Part shown: one piece after another, positions 50,928 to 60,330 of the stretch
How the letters are laid out: each line of letters starts with the position of its first letter
Numbering within the stretch: the first letter of the stretch is position 1
NCBI GenBank assembly: GCA_041481715.1
Contig: JBGPCK010000001.1
Coordinates: 9,340-73,339, forward strand
Length of the DNA: 64,000 nucleotides
Reading direction: 5' to 3'
Origin: Thermoanaerobaculia bacterium
Lineage (GTDB): Bacteria; Acidobacteriota; Thermoanaerobaculia; UBA5066; Gp7-AA6
Notes under the pieces: generated by a model
What the model was told of the DNA's origin: nothing
Seen by the model: the letters and a program-made list of their open reading frames with translations, nothing else
Database searches by the model: none
Program-made: the position numbers and the translations under genes

Positions 50928-51502
50928 ATGATCTGCCGCCCCCGCTTTCCGAGGAGGCCCGGCTCGACCTGCTCCATCTCGCCCGCGGATCCCTCGAAGC
51001 GCATTTCCTCGGCGAACCGCCGCCCCGCCTTTCCTCCGACCGGGCGGAGGCGTTCGGAGTTGCGCGCGGCCTCTTCGTGACCGTCAAGCGGAATGGTCAG
51101 CTGCGCGGTTGCATTGGGACGCTGTCCCCCGAAGGAGACCTCACCCGCGTCGTCGCGGAGTTCGCTCGGCGCGCGGCGTTCGAGGATCCTCGCTTCCCGC
51201 CGCTCTCCCGCGACGAGCTGGCGGCGTGCGAGATCGAGATCTCCGTGCTGACGGCTCCGCAGCCGGCCGAGAATCTCGACGAGATCGTCATCGGGCGAGA
51301 CGGCTTGATCGTCGAGGGGCGGGGCCGGCGGGGATTGCTGTTGCCGCAGGTGGCGACCGAGTGGGGCTTTGGGCCGGCGCGATTCGTTCAGGAGGCCTGC
51401 CGCAAGGCCGGCCTGCCCCCGGACGCCTGGCGCGATCCCGAAGTGCGGCTCTGGAGGTTTCAGGCGGAGGTCTTCGGAGAGGAAGCGAGGCGCGACGCGT
51501 AG
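50924..51502 (+). CDS. AMMECR1 domain protein
   Basis: 192 aa. Signature GLFVTVKRNGQLRGCIGTL. Confidence 0.85.
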   Translation: MNDLPPPLSEEARLDLLHLARGSLEAHFLGEPPPRLSSDRAEAFGVARGLFVTVKRNGQLRGCIGTLSPEGDLTRVVAEFARRAAFEDPRFPPLSRDELAACEIEISVLTAPQPAENLDEIVIGRDGLIVEGRGRRGLLLPQVATEWGFGPARFVQEACRKAGLPPDAWRDPEVRLWRFQAEVFGEEARRDA

Positions 51503-52242
51503 AGCAACAGCGCCGCCGCGACGGCCGCGTTGAGGGAATCGACCGGCGGACGCATCGGAATCGTCAGGCGCCGGTCGAGAGATCGGTAGGCGCCCGCGGG
51601 TAGTCCCGTTCCCTCAGAGCCAATGACGAGTACCGAAGCAGCGGGTGGCGGCGCGAGGAAGGGGTCCTCACCCCCCGAGGAAACCGCGCCGCACAGGAGG
51701 CGTCCGGCCGCCTTCGCGTCGCGCGCGAAGGCCTCGAAAGCGACCCTGCCCGAGACGGGGAGGCGAAGCACGCTGCCTGCGCTGGCGCGCACGGCGCGCG
51801 GATGGAAAAAGTCCGCGGAGCCCGCGGCGGCCACCACACCAGCGCATTCCGTCGCCTCCGCGACACGGACGACCGCGCCGAGGTTGCCCGGATCCTGCAG
51901 GCCGAAGAGAAAGACGATCGGGCCGGAGCGGCCCAGGATCTCGGCGACCGGAACGTCGCGACGCCGGACCACGGCGAGCAAGTGCTGCGGTGTCTTCGAG
52001 TCGGCGAGGCGCTCGAGCACGGTCCGGGAGACGAGCCTCGGTCGCGCGGCGGACGCGGCTGCCAGCCTTCCGGGGCGCACACTCTCGTCGTGAAGGACGT
52101 GTTCGAGAGCGAGGCCCAGGGCGATCGCCTCGAGGATGGGCTTTTCGCCTTCGAGAAGGAAGTGCGTGTGCTCCTCGAGCGACCGGAGAATCTCGCGGAT
52201 GAGCGGATTCGACGGTGACTCGATGCCGGCCATTGCCCTCAT
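51460..52242 (-). CDS. TrmH-family (SpoU) RNA 2'-O-methyltransferase
   Basis: C-terminal ~260 aa of ORF 51460..52443. SPOUT motifs FLFGLQDPGNLGAVVRVAEA, VLVIGSEGTGL, IPMRPPVDSLNAAVAAAL. Confidence 0.75.
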   Translation of the reverse strand: MRAMAGIESPSNPLIREILRSLEEHTHFLLEGEKPILEAIALGLALEHVLHDESVRPGRLAAASAARPRLVSRTVLERLADSKTPQHLLAVVRRRDVPVAEILGRSGPIVFLFGLQDPGNLGAVVRVAEATECAGVVAAAGSADFFHPRAVRASAGSVLRLPVSGRVAFEAFARDAKAAGRLLCGAVSSGGEDPFLAPPPAASVLVIGSEGTGLPAGAYRSLDRRLTIPMRPPVDSLNAAVAAALLLYASRLASSPKTSA

Positions 52243-52258
52243 GCTATAACCCGCCGCG

Positions 52259-53455
52259 ATGAAGCGACCGCGGGCGAGTCTGCTCGCCGCCGTTGCGGTG
52301 GGAGCCGCTTCGCCGGGCTCGCCGCTCACCGCCCTCTGGACCTTCCCGGCCATGATCGGGTCGGCCTTCCTCGTCGCCTGGGGCGCCGAGGCGGCGGAGT
52401 TCCTCATGTCGCAGGGGCTCGCCCTCGCGGTGCTGGCGCTCATTCAGACGGCGCCGGAGTTTGCCGTTGAGGCGGTCATTGCCTGGAAGGCCGGCAAGAA
52501 CCCCGACATGGTGCACCTGGCGATCGCCAACTTCACGGGCAGTCTGCGCCTGCTGACCGGCCTCGGCTGGCCGATGATTTACGCGGTTGCCGCGTACTTC
52601 TCGCGCAAACGCCGGGGCCGCCCGGTCGGCACGCTGCGGCTCGTCGACGACCACGCGGTCGAGGTGCTGGGCCTGCTGCCGCCGCTGCTGTACTTCGTCA
52701 TCGTCTGGGCGAAGGGAAACCTGTCGCTCATCGACGCGGCGGTTCTGGCCCTCACGTACTTCGTCTACCTCGGCATCCTCCTGCGCATTCCGCCCCGCGA
52801 GGAAACCCTAGAGCAAGACGATGAAGTGCCGGCGGTTTCGCGCTGGGCGCTGTCTTTCACCGGCGCGAAGCGCTGGGCTGCGGTTCTGCTGCTCTTGGGC
52901 GGAGGCGGCGCGGTGATCTTTCTCGTCGCCGAGCCGTTCCTCAATTCGATGCTGGCGCTCGCGACCAGCTTCGGTATGTCGCAATTCGTCTTCATCCAGT
53001 GGGTCGCGCCCTTTCTCTCGGAGTTTCCCGAGAAAACCTCCGCCTTCGCTTGGGCCCGCCGCGTCACGCGTGCGCCGGTGGCGTTGATGAACATGGTGTC
53101 CTCCAACATCAACCAGTGGGGGATCCTTTCGGGTCTGCTCGCCGTCATCTATTGCTGGAGCCACGGGTCGACCGAACCGCTCCCCTTCGATGCCTTTCAG
53201 AGGAGCGAGATCCTGCTGACGATCCTGCAGGCGTTTCTCGGCTGGATGTTCCTCGCCTCGATGGATCTGGAGGCCTACGAGGCGGCCGGGCTCTTTGTAC
53301 TGTGGCTCATCCAGTTCCTGGTACCGTCCTCACGCCATGCGATGTTGTACGTTTACGGAGCATGGATCGCCTTGGAGGTCTCTCTGGTCGTCCTGGGCAA
53401 GAAGAAGATCACGGCTTTCGCGGCCTTCGCGAGCACGTGGAGGGGCCGGCGGTGA
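52259..53455 (+). CDS. CaCA-family cation/Ca2+ antiporter-like membrane protein
   Basis: 398 aa, about 10 TM helices. Alpha-repeat-like motifs GAEAAEF and APEFAVEAV. Confidence 0.7.
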   Translation: MKRPRASLLAAVAVGAASPGSPLTALWTFPAMIGSAFLVAWGAEAAEFLMSQGLALAVLALIQTAPEFAVEAVIAWKAGKNPDMVHLAIANFTGSLRLLTGLGWPMIYAVAAYFSRKRRGRPVGTLRLVDDHAVEVLGLLPPLLYFVIVWAKGNLSLIDAAVLALTYFVYLGILLRIPPREETLEQDDEVPAVSRWALSFTGAKRWAAVLLLLGGGGAVIFLVAEPFLNSMLALATSFGMSQFVFIQWVAPFLSEFPEKTSAFAWARRVTRAPVALMNMVSSNINQWGILSGLLAVIYCWSHGSTEPLPFDAFQRSEILLTILQAFLGWMFLASMDLEAYEAAGLFVLWLIQFLVPSSRHAMLYVYGAWIALEVSLVVLGKKKITAFAAFASTWRGRR

Positions 53456-54645
53456 GTCGGCCGCGGCTGTCGAAGCGGGCCGCCGCGCTCGCGCCATCCT
53501 CGACCGCGGCCGTGGCGCGGGCGGCTAAGGCCCTGGCGGCCTCGGGCGCGGACGTCGTGGACTTCGGCTTGGGCGAGCCGGACTTCGCCACGCCGGACTT
53601 CGTTGCGGAGGCGGGCACGGCCGCGATCCGGGCCGGACGCACCAAGTACACCGACGTCGCGGGGGAGCCGGCGCTTCGCGACGCGATCGCCGAGAAGTAC
53701 CGCCGAGAGCAGGGCGCCGAGTACTCCCGCGAGGACGTGGTCGTGACGGCCGGGGCCAAACAGGCGGTCTTCAATGCGTGCCAAGTTCTCTTTGAAGAGG
53801 GCGACGAGGTCGTGCTCTTTTCCCCGTACTGGGTGTCCTTCCCGGAGATGGTGCGCCTGGCGGGCGCAACGCCCGTCTTCGTCCCGACCGACCTCGATTC
53901 AGGCTGGCATGCGGCGGTCGAGCGGCTCGAGCGTGCCGCCGGCCCCCAGACGCGCGGCCTCATCCTGAACTCGCCGAACAACCCGACGGGGGCCGTGGCG
54001 CCGTCCGCGGAGATCGCGCGCCTGCTCGACTGGTGCGCTGCGAACGGCGCCTTTCTGATCTTCGACGAGACCTATGACCGTTTCCTGTACGAGGGACGGC
54101 GGCACGTCTCGGCGGCGGCGTTTCCCGAGCACCGAGACCGCGTCCTCGTGACGGGAGCGGCCTCCAAGACATACGCCATGACGGGCTGGCGGCTGGGATG
54201 GGCCGCGGGTCCACGCGACGTCGTCGCGGCGATGTCCTCCTACCAGAGTCACTCCACTTCGAACGCATCCTCGATCTCCCAGGCGGCCGTTCTGGCTGCG
54301 TTGCAGGATCCGCCGCAGACCGACCGTTCCGTTGCCGAGATGCTCGCGCACTACACACAGCGTCGAAAGGCGATGGTCTCGGGGCTCGAGAAGATCCCGG
54401 GCGTGCGCGCCACCTGGCCGGAAGGGTCGTTCTACGCCTTCGCGGAAGTTTCCGCGCTCATGCGGTCCAAGAGAATCTCGGGCTCGGCCGCCTTTTGCGA
54501 GCGCCTCCTGCGAGAGGCCCGCGTCGCCGCGGTGCCTGGAGACGCCTTCGGAAACGACGCATGCGTGCGGTTTTCGTTTGCGACAGGAATCGAGCGGGTC
54601 GAGGAGGGAATGCATCGCCTGGCGGCGTGGGCGGCCAAGAGTTGA
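53452..54645 (+). CDS. Pyridoxal phosphate-dependent aminotransferase, class I (aspartate aminotransferase-like)
   Basis: GTG overlapping the antiporter stop. Motifs GEPDF, NSPNNPTG, PLP-lysine block GAASKTYAMTGWRLGW. Confidence 0.9.
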   Translation: MSRPRLSKRAAALAPSSTAAVARAAKALAASGADVVDFGLGEPDFATPDFVAEAGTAAIRAGRTKYTDVAGEPALRDAIAEKYRREQGAEYSREDVVVTAGAKQAVFNACQVLFEEGDEVVLFSPYWVSFPEMVRLAGATPVFVPTDLDSGWHAAVERLERAAGPQTRGLILNSPNNPTGAVAPSAEIARLLDWCAANGAFLIFDETYDRFLYEGRRHVSAAAFPEHRDRVLVTGAASKTYAMTGWRLGWAAGPRDVVAAMSSYQSHSTSNASSISQAAVLAALQDPPQTDRSVAEMLAHYTQRRKAMVSGLEKIPGVRATWPEGSFYAFAEVSALMRSKRISGSAAFCERLLREARVAAVPGDAFGNDACVRFSFATGIERVEEGMHRLAAWAAKS

Positions 54646-54670
54646 CGGACTCGCCCTCCGGGTCCGGGCG

Positions 54671-55657
54671 ATGACCGCCCGCCTCGCGCTCCTGACCGGC
54701 GCGACGGGGTTCCTCGGAGGGCACGTGGCCCGCGCGCTTCTCGATGCGGGGTGGGGCGTGAGGGCACTGGCACGGACGGATCCGGCCCGCTCGGCGCTAC
54801 TCGGCGGCGTTCCCGTCGAGGTCTTCCCGGGAGACCTTTCCGCGTCGACCGACCTTGCCGCTGCCGCTTCGGACTGCGAGGCCATCGTGCACGTGGCCGG
54901 CGTCGTCAAAGCGCGCACGCTCGAGGAGTACCGCGAGGTCAATTTTCGAGGCACCGAGCGCCTCGTTGTGGCGGCCGGGCGCACGGTCCCAGCCGCGATG
55001 TTCGTCCAGATCTCGAGCCAGGCCGCCGCCGGGCCCGCCCGCGAGGGTCGCCCCGTCACGCCGGGAGACCCGCCCCGGCCTGTTTCCTGGTACGGCGTCT
55101 CGAAGCTCGAGGGAGAGGAGGCCGTGCGGCGAGCGTGGAAGGGGCCATGGATCGTGCTCCGGCCCGGAGTGGTCTACGGGCCGGGCGACCATGGGCTGCT
55201 GACCTACTTTCGGATGGCCTGCTCGGGGTGGCTGCCCGTGCCCGCGGCAAACCGGCGAATCCAGATCGGCGCCGCGGCGCCGATCGCCCTCGCTATCGCT
55301 CGGGCCGCGGGTCGGCGGGACCTGTCGGGCCGGACCGCCTTCCTCTGCGACCCGGAGCCGGTCACCGTGCGGCAGCTTGCAACTCTGGTCGCGCTCCTGC
55401 CGCCCAAGAGGGCGCGTCTCCTTCCCCTGCCCGACCCGCTCGTTCGCCTGGCGGGGCTTGCCGAGACTTGGCGCGAGATGCTGACGAAGAAATCTCGCCC
55501 TTTTAACGCCGACAAAGCTCGTGAAGTGCTTGCAGGAGAATGGCTTTGCCAATCGGGACTTCGGAGCGAACTCGAGCTTCCCGAGCCGTTTTCACTCGAG
55601 CAGGGGCTTCGGGACACCTTCGATTGGTACCGGCGGGAGGGCTGGTTGAATTTGTAA
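54671..55657 (+). CDS. NAD-dependent epimerase/dehydratase-family (extended SDR) protein; candidate ceramide-pathway reductase (CerR-like)
   Basis: C-terminal 328 aa of ORF 54332.. starting MTARLALLTGATGFLGGHVARAL (GxxGxxG). Catalytic YxxxK region (WYGVSKLEGE). Confidence 0.85.
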   Translation: MTARLALLTGATGFLGGHVARALLDAGWGVRALARTDPARSALLGGVPVEVFPGDLSASTDLAAAASDCEAIVHVAGVVKARTLEEYREVNFRGTERLVVAAGRTVPAAMFVQISSQAAAGPAREGRPVTPGDPPRPVSWYGVSKLEGEEAVRRAWKGPWIVLRPGVVYGPGDHGLLTYFRMACSGWLPVPAANRRIQIGAAAPIALAIARAAGRRDLSGRTAFLCDPEPVTVRQLATLVALLPPKRARLLPLPDPLVRLAGLAETWREMLTKKSRPFNADKAREVLAGEWLCQSGLRSELELPEPFSLEQGLRDTFDWYRREGWLNL

Positions 55658-55682
55658 AATTTGCTAAGATCCCCCAGAGTCC

Positions 55683-56951
55683 GTGACCTCTGAGGTGGGA
55701 GAAAGAATGACTAAGCTCGCGGCTGCGGCGGCCAGGAGGGGAGTGACGCGGTCCTCCCCGTTTTTCGACAAGTGCGACCGGTACGACAGGGCGAACCGGG
55801 CCCGGGAGGCGGGTCTCTACACCTTCTTCCGCCCGATCGAGTCCGCCCAGGACCCGGAGGTCACTCTCGGGGGCCGCCGCATGATCATGCTCGGCTCGAA
55901 CAACTATCTCGGCCTGACCAACCATCCCCGTGTCAAGGAGGCCGCGATCGAGGCAATTCGCAAGTATGGCTCCGGCTGCGCCGGAAGCCGCTGGTTGAAC
56001 GGCACGTTGGATCTCCACGTGCGGCTGGAAGAGCGCCTGGCCGAGTTCACGCGCAAAGAGGCGGCGCTGGTTTTCTCGACGGGATTCCAGGTCAACCTGG
56101 GAGTCATCTCCTGTCTCGTCGGAAAAGGCGACACCGTCTATCTCGACAAGCAGGACCATGCCTGCATCATCGACGGAGCACGGCTGTCCTTCGGCGACGT
56201 CTGCAAGTTCCGGCACAACGACACCCACGACCTCGAGCGTCAGATGAGAAACGACACCGACGCAAGGGGACGCTTCGTGGTGGTGGATGGCGTCTACTCG
56301 ATGGAAGGGGATATCGTGCCGCTTCCGGAAGTCGTTTCGGTGGCGCGACACTTCGACGCGGCTGTCATGGTAGACGATGCCCACGGAATCGGCGTGTTGG
56401 GCCAAACCGGCCGCGGCACGGCCGAGCACTTCGGCCTCGAGGAAGAAGTCGACCTCATCATGGGCACGTTCTCGAAATCGATGGCGTCCATCGGGGGCTT
56501 CATCGCCGGCGACGCGGTCGTAATCGATTTCATCAAACACAACGCTCGGACGATGATCTTTTCCGCGGCGCCGCCCCCGGCCTCGGTCGGCGCGGCGCTC
56601 GCCTCCCTCGAGATCATGGAACGCGAGCCGGAGCGCCGCGCGCGGCTCTGGGAGAACACGCGCTTTTTCACGGAGGGTCTGAAGGCGCTGGGCCTCGACA
56701 CCGGCGGCTCGGAAACGCCCGTCGTTCCCGTGGTGGTCGGGGAAGACCTCGCCGCCCTGGCCATGGTGAAGCGGCTCCACGAGGAAGGCGTCTTCGTCAA
56801 CTGCGTCTTGACTCCCGGGACCCTCCCCGGGCGCGCGCTGATCCGCACCTCGCTCATGGCCACCCACACGCGCGAACATCTCTCGCGCGCTCTCGAGGCG
56901 ATCGAGAAGGTGGCTCGCGAAGTCGGTGTTCTCCGGCCCGCGGTTGTCTGA
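55683..56951 (+). CDS. Alpha-oxoamine synthase family PLP enzyme (serine palmitoyltransferase / 8-amino-7-oxononanoate synthase-like)
   Basis: 422 aa. Motifs SNNYLGL, MVDDAHGIGV, PLP-lysine block GTFSKSMASIGGF. Confidence 0.9.
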   Translation: MTSEVGERMTKLAAAAARRGVTRSSPFFDKCDRYDRANRAREAGLYTFFRPIESAQDPEVTLGGRRMIMLGSNNYLGLTNHPRVKEAAIEAIRKYGSGCAGSRWLNGTLDLHVRLEERLAEFTRKEAALVFSTGFQVNLGVISCLVGKGDTVYLDKQDHACIIDGARLSFGDVCKFRHNDTHDLERQMRNDTDARGRFVVVDGVYSMEGDIVPLPEVVSVARHFDAAVMVDDAHGIGVLGQTGRGTAEHFGLEEEVDLIMGTFSKSMASIGGFIAGDAVVIDFIKHNARTMIFSAAPPPASVGAALASLEIMEREPERRARLWENTRFFTEGLKALGLDTGGSETPVVPVVVGEDLAALAMVKRLHEEGVFVNCVLTPGTLPGRALIRTSLMATHTREHLSRALEAIEKVAREVGVLRPAVV

Positions 56952-56973
56952 CCGCGCCACGACCTCCTCGCGG

Positions 56974-58110
56974 ATGAACGGCGCCCTGGCCCTCGAGAGG
57001 ATCGGCCGGAGCAAGAAGGAGCTCCACCGGTTCTTCGACGTCGCGGACCGGATCTACGCAGCAGACCCGAATTGGGTCGCCCCGCTGCGGGATGACATCG
57101 CGAAGGTCTTTTCTCTCGAAAACCCGTTCTTCCGGCACGCGGAGATGCAGCTCTTCGTGGCTCGGCGCGGCGGGGTCGATAAAGGACGGATCGCCGCCAT
57201 CCTGGACCGCAGCCACAACGAGTTTCATGGCGAACAAACCGCCTTCTTCGGATACTTCGAGTCGATCGACGACCCCGAAGTGGCGAGCCTGCTCTTCGAA
57301 GCGGCGGCGTTGTGGGCGCGGGAGCGCCGGATGAAGACGCTGCGCGGCCCGGCGAATCCGTCGCTCAACGACGAGGCGGGGCTATTGGTCGAGGGTTTCG
57401 ATTCCCCGCCCGTCCTGATGATGACGTACAACCCGCGCTACTACATCCGACTCTACGAAGGAGCCGGGTTTCGAAAGGCCAAGGACCTGCTCGCCTTCTG
57501 GTTCGACCTTGCTCCGGGTCCGCTCGAGCGCTTCGCGCGGATCAACGAGCGCCTGCGCCGGAACCCGAGTTTGCGGCTTCGGAAGGTCTCCAAGCGCAGC
57601 CTGAAGGCGGACCTGCCGAAGATCCGGGAGGTGTACAACGCCGCCTGGGAGAAGAACTGGGGATTCGTTCCGATGACGGCCGAGGAGATGGAGTTGATGG
57701 CCAAGCGGTTGAAGCCGCTGCTCGACAAGGACTTCCTCCAGATCGGTGAGATCGAGCGTTCGGACGGGACCTTGGAGCCGGTCGCCTTTCTGCTGGCCCT
57801 TCCCGATTACAACGTGGCGATGGCGCCCCTCAAGGGCCGCCTTTTGCCGTTCGGATGGCTGAAGTTCCTGCTCGGTATGAAGCGAATCCGAACCCTCCGG
57901 GTGCTGACCCTCGGGATCAAGAAAGAGTACCGGCTGCGCGGCTTCCAGTCGCTGATCTTCGAGGCGGGCCTGATCGAGTCGCTCGCGCGCAACTACAAAG
58001 GTGTCGAAGTCTCCTGGGTGCTCGAAGACAACGATCAGATGATCCGCGGGATGAAGATCTGGGGCGGGCGCGCCTACAAGACCTACCGGATGTACGAGAA
58101 GGAGATCTAG
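56974..58110 (+). CDS. GNAT-fold acyltransferase (FemAB/BioF2-like Acetyltransf_6); candidate bacterial ceramide synthase (bCerS-like)
   Basis: ORF 56926..58110. Internal ATG 56974 avoids overlap with upstream gene. ~380 aa, conserved-looking throughout (YNAAWEKNWGFVPMTAEE, LGIKKEYRLRGFQSLIFEAG). Confidence 0.7.
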   Translation: MNGALALERIGRSKKELHRFFDVADRIYAADPNWVAPLRDDIAKVFSLENPFFRHAEMQLFVARRGGVDKGRIAAILDRSHNEFHGEQTAFFGYFESIDDPEVASLLFEAAALWARERRMKTLRGPANPSLNDEAGLLVEGFDSPPVLMMTYNPRYYIRLYEGAGFRKAKDLLAFWFDLAPGPLERFARINERLRRNPSLRLRKVSKRSLKADLPKIREVYNAAWEKNWGFVPMTAEEMELMAKRLKPLLDKDFLQIGEIERSDGTLEPVAFLLALPDYNVAMAPLKGRLLPFGWLKFLLGMKRIRTLRVLTLGIKKEYRLRGFQSLIFEAGLIESLARNYKGVEVSWVLEDNDQMIRGMKIWGGRAYKTYRMYEKEI

Positions 58111-58980
58111 CCCGGAACCGTCGTCCTCCGGGTGAGTCGGTCGTAGATCCGGTCTCCCGCCGGCACGCCCAGGAAGGCAAGGGCGAGCCCCGCCAGCACG
58201 TCCACGACGTAGTGGTAGCGGCAGTAGACGGTCGAGAGGATCAATCCCGACCCGATCGGCAGCAGGAGCCAGAACAGCCCGCGCGCGCGACGGAACGCGA
58301 CGATCAGTACCACCGCCGCGATCATCGTGTGGCCGGAGGGAAAGACGTCGAATTTCGTTCGCTCGAGCGCGTTGATGGTCGTCGCGATGGCACGGGACAG
58401 GGGAGTCGTCTCGAGGACGACCGTTTGCTGCGAGGCCAGCGCGAAACGGGGGCCGAGCGCGGGGAGCAGGAAATATCCCGCGTACGAGACGAAATAGCAG
58501 AAAGTCAGCGTGAAAATGTAGCGGCGCGCCTCGGGCACGCTGCGGCGCCAGAGGAACGCTCCGAGCACGATCGAGATGAAGTAGTAGCTCGCGTAGCAGA
58601 GGTAGAGGAGGTCGGTGAGCCACGGCCGCACGGCGCGCTCGAGCCAGACCGTGACGTCCCGGCCGAAGAGTGCGCGGTCGGCTGCGATCAACAGGGCGTC
58701 CCGCACGGGTCCGCGTGCGGCCGCGATGAGGGGGCCCAGGCTTTCGAACACGAACGGGATGAAGGCGATGGGATAGAAATCGACGACGATGCGGATGGCG
58801 TTCGGGAGGCGGTCGGTGCGTCGAGCCAGGAAGACGATGAGTGCCACGAAGGCGCCCATCAGCGAGAAGCGCAGGAGGATCTCGCCGGGGTCCGGCAGCG
58901 CGCCGTAAGACACAAGGGTCAGCAACGAGAGGGCGAGCAGGGCGCCGAGGTTCAGAGCCTCGAGGGGGCGGACGCGCACG
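58107..58980 (-). CDS. PAP2-superfamily membrane protein with sphingomyelin/IPC-synthase-type motifs
   Basis: ORF 58107..59159. 6 TM helices. Motifs DVFPSGHT and CRYHYVVDVLAG (SGHT and HYxxDV of SMS/AUR1 D3/D4 motifs). Start uncertain: the 59159 TTG start would overlap the divergent nfeD start; GTG near 58980 or ATG 59129 are alternatives. Confidence 0.7.
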
Positions 58981-59025
58981 CGCGAAGTTATAGCGCGAGG
59001 GGGCGCTGCGATAGAATGGATTTTC

Positions 59026-60330
59026 TTGATCCAGAGGCTTTCCGCCGGCGTCCTTTTCCTTCTGCTGGAGGCGTCGGCCGCCCTATACGCCGCGGACGCG
59101 GCCGCCCCGCTCGTGCGGGTTGGACGCATCGATACTCCCGTGCACCCGGCCGCGGCCAACTACCTGTCCAAGCTGCTGCGGGAGGCGGACCGCGACGGCG
59201 CGAGTCTGGTCGTGCTCGGCCTCTCGACGCCCGGTGGACTTCTGTCCTCGACGCGAGAGATGACCTCGGCGATCCTCGGCTCGAAGGTTCCCGTCGCCAC
59301 GTTCGTCGCGCCTTCGGGCGCTCAGGCCGCTTCCGCCGGGTTCTTCCTGCTGATTGCCGGCGATATCGCGGCGATGGCGCCCGGAACCAACACCGGCGCG
59401 GCGCACCCGGTGGCGGGCGAAGGGCAGGAGCTTCCCAAGACGTTGAGCGAGAAGGTGGAGCAGGACGCGCGAGCCTTCATCCGCACGCTCGCGGCTCAGC
59501 GCGGCCGAAACCTCGAGAAGGCGGAGGCCGCCGTCTCGAAGAGCGTGTCCTACACGGAAACGGAGGCCAAGGAGTTGGGGTTGATCGAGCTCATCGCCCG
59601 GGACGTGCCGGATCTCGTCCGACAGCTCGACGGCCGCACGGTCAAGCGGGTGGGTGGAGGCACCGCCACCCTGCATCTAGCCAGGGCGCGGATCGAGACG
59701 CGGGAGATGGGATCGGTGGAAAAACTGCTCGGCGTTGTGTCCCACCCGAACGTGGCGTATGTCCTGTTTCTGTTGGGATTGGTGGGGCTCTACTTCGAGC
59801 TGTCCTCGCCGGGCGCCGTGCTTCCCGGCATCGTGGGCGGGATCGCGCTTCTGCTCGCCTTCTATGCTTTCTCCGTTCTGCCGGTGAACCTCGCGGGGCT
59901 TTTCCTCATCCTCTTCGGGATCGGCCTTTTCGTGGCGGAGGTCAAGGTCGTCAGCCACGGTCTGCTGGCGGCGGGCGGGGCCGTTGCGCTGGTCGCCGGT
60001 TCCCTCCTGCTCTTCACAGGTCGGGGGGGAGAGTCCGGGTACCGCGTGGACCTCGGAATCCTCCTGCCCTCGCTCGTGCTGGCCCTGGGCATCGTAGGGC
60101 TGCTGACCGCCCGGACGATCCAGGTTCGCCGCCGCCCAACGACGACGGGCGCCGCCGGGATGATCGGCGAGACGGGGCGGGTCGTCGAGACGTTCTCCGG
60201 CGGCAGCGGCCGCGTCCACGTTTTCGGCGAGTACTGGGACGCTCGGGGCCCGTCGGACCTCTCCCCGGGAGACTCGGTTCGGATCATTGAAGTCGACGGA
60301 TTGACGCTTCGAGTCGAACGGAGGACGTGA
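59026..60330 (+). CDS. NfeD-family membrane-bound serine protease (ClpP-class)
   Basis: 434 aa. Signal peptide, ClpP-like domain ([27 protein letters not shown]), central TM bundle, C-terminal OB-fold ([20 protein letters not shown]). Confidence 0.85.
   Translation: MIQRLSAGVLFLLLEASAALYAADAAAPLVRVGRIDTPVHPAAANYLSKLLREADRDGASLVVLGLSTPGGLLSSTREMTSAILGSKVPVATFVAPSGAQAASAGFFLLIAGDIAAMAPGTNTGAAHPVAGEGQELPKTLSEKVEQDARAFIRTLAAQRGRNLEKAEAAVSKSVSYTETEAKELGLIELIARDVPDLVRQLDGRTVKRVGGGTATLHLARARIETREMGSVEKLLGVVSHPNVAYVLFLLGLVGLYFELSSPGAVLPGIVGGIALLLAFYAFSVLPVNLAGLFLILFGIGLFVAEVKVVSHGLLAAGGAVALVAGSLLLFTGRGGESGYRVDLGILLPSLVLALGIVGLLTARTIQVRRRPTTTGAAGMIGETGRVVETFSGGSGRVHVFGEYWDARGPSDLSPGDSVRIIEVDGLTLRVERRT

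Noticed and set aside
57855-60290. 811-aa plus ORF, plus minus ORFs 57382..58623 and 59862..61586
   Set aside because: Shadow ORFs across the GNAT, PAP2, NfeD and stomatin genes. Extreme Arg/Gly/Asp composition.
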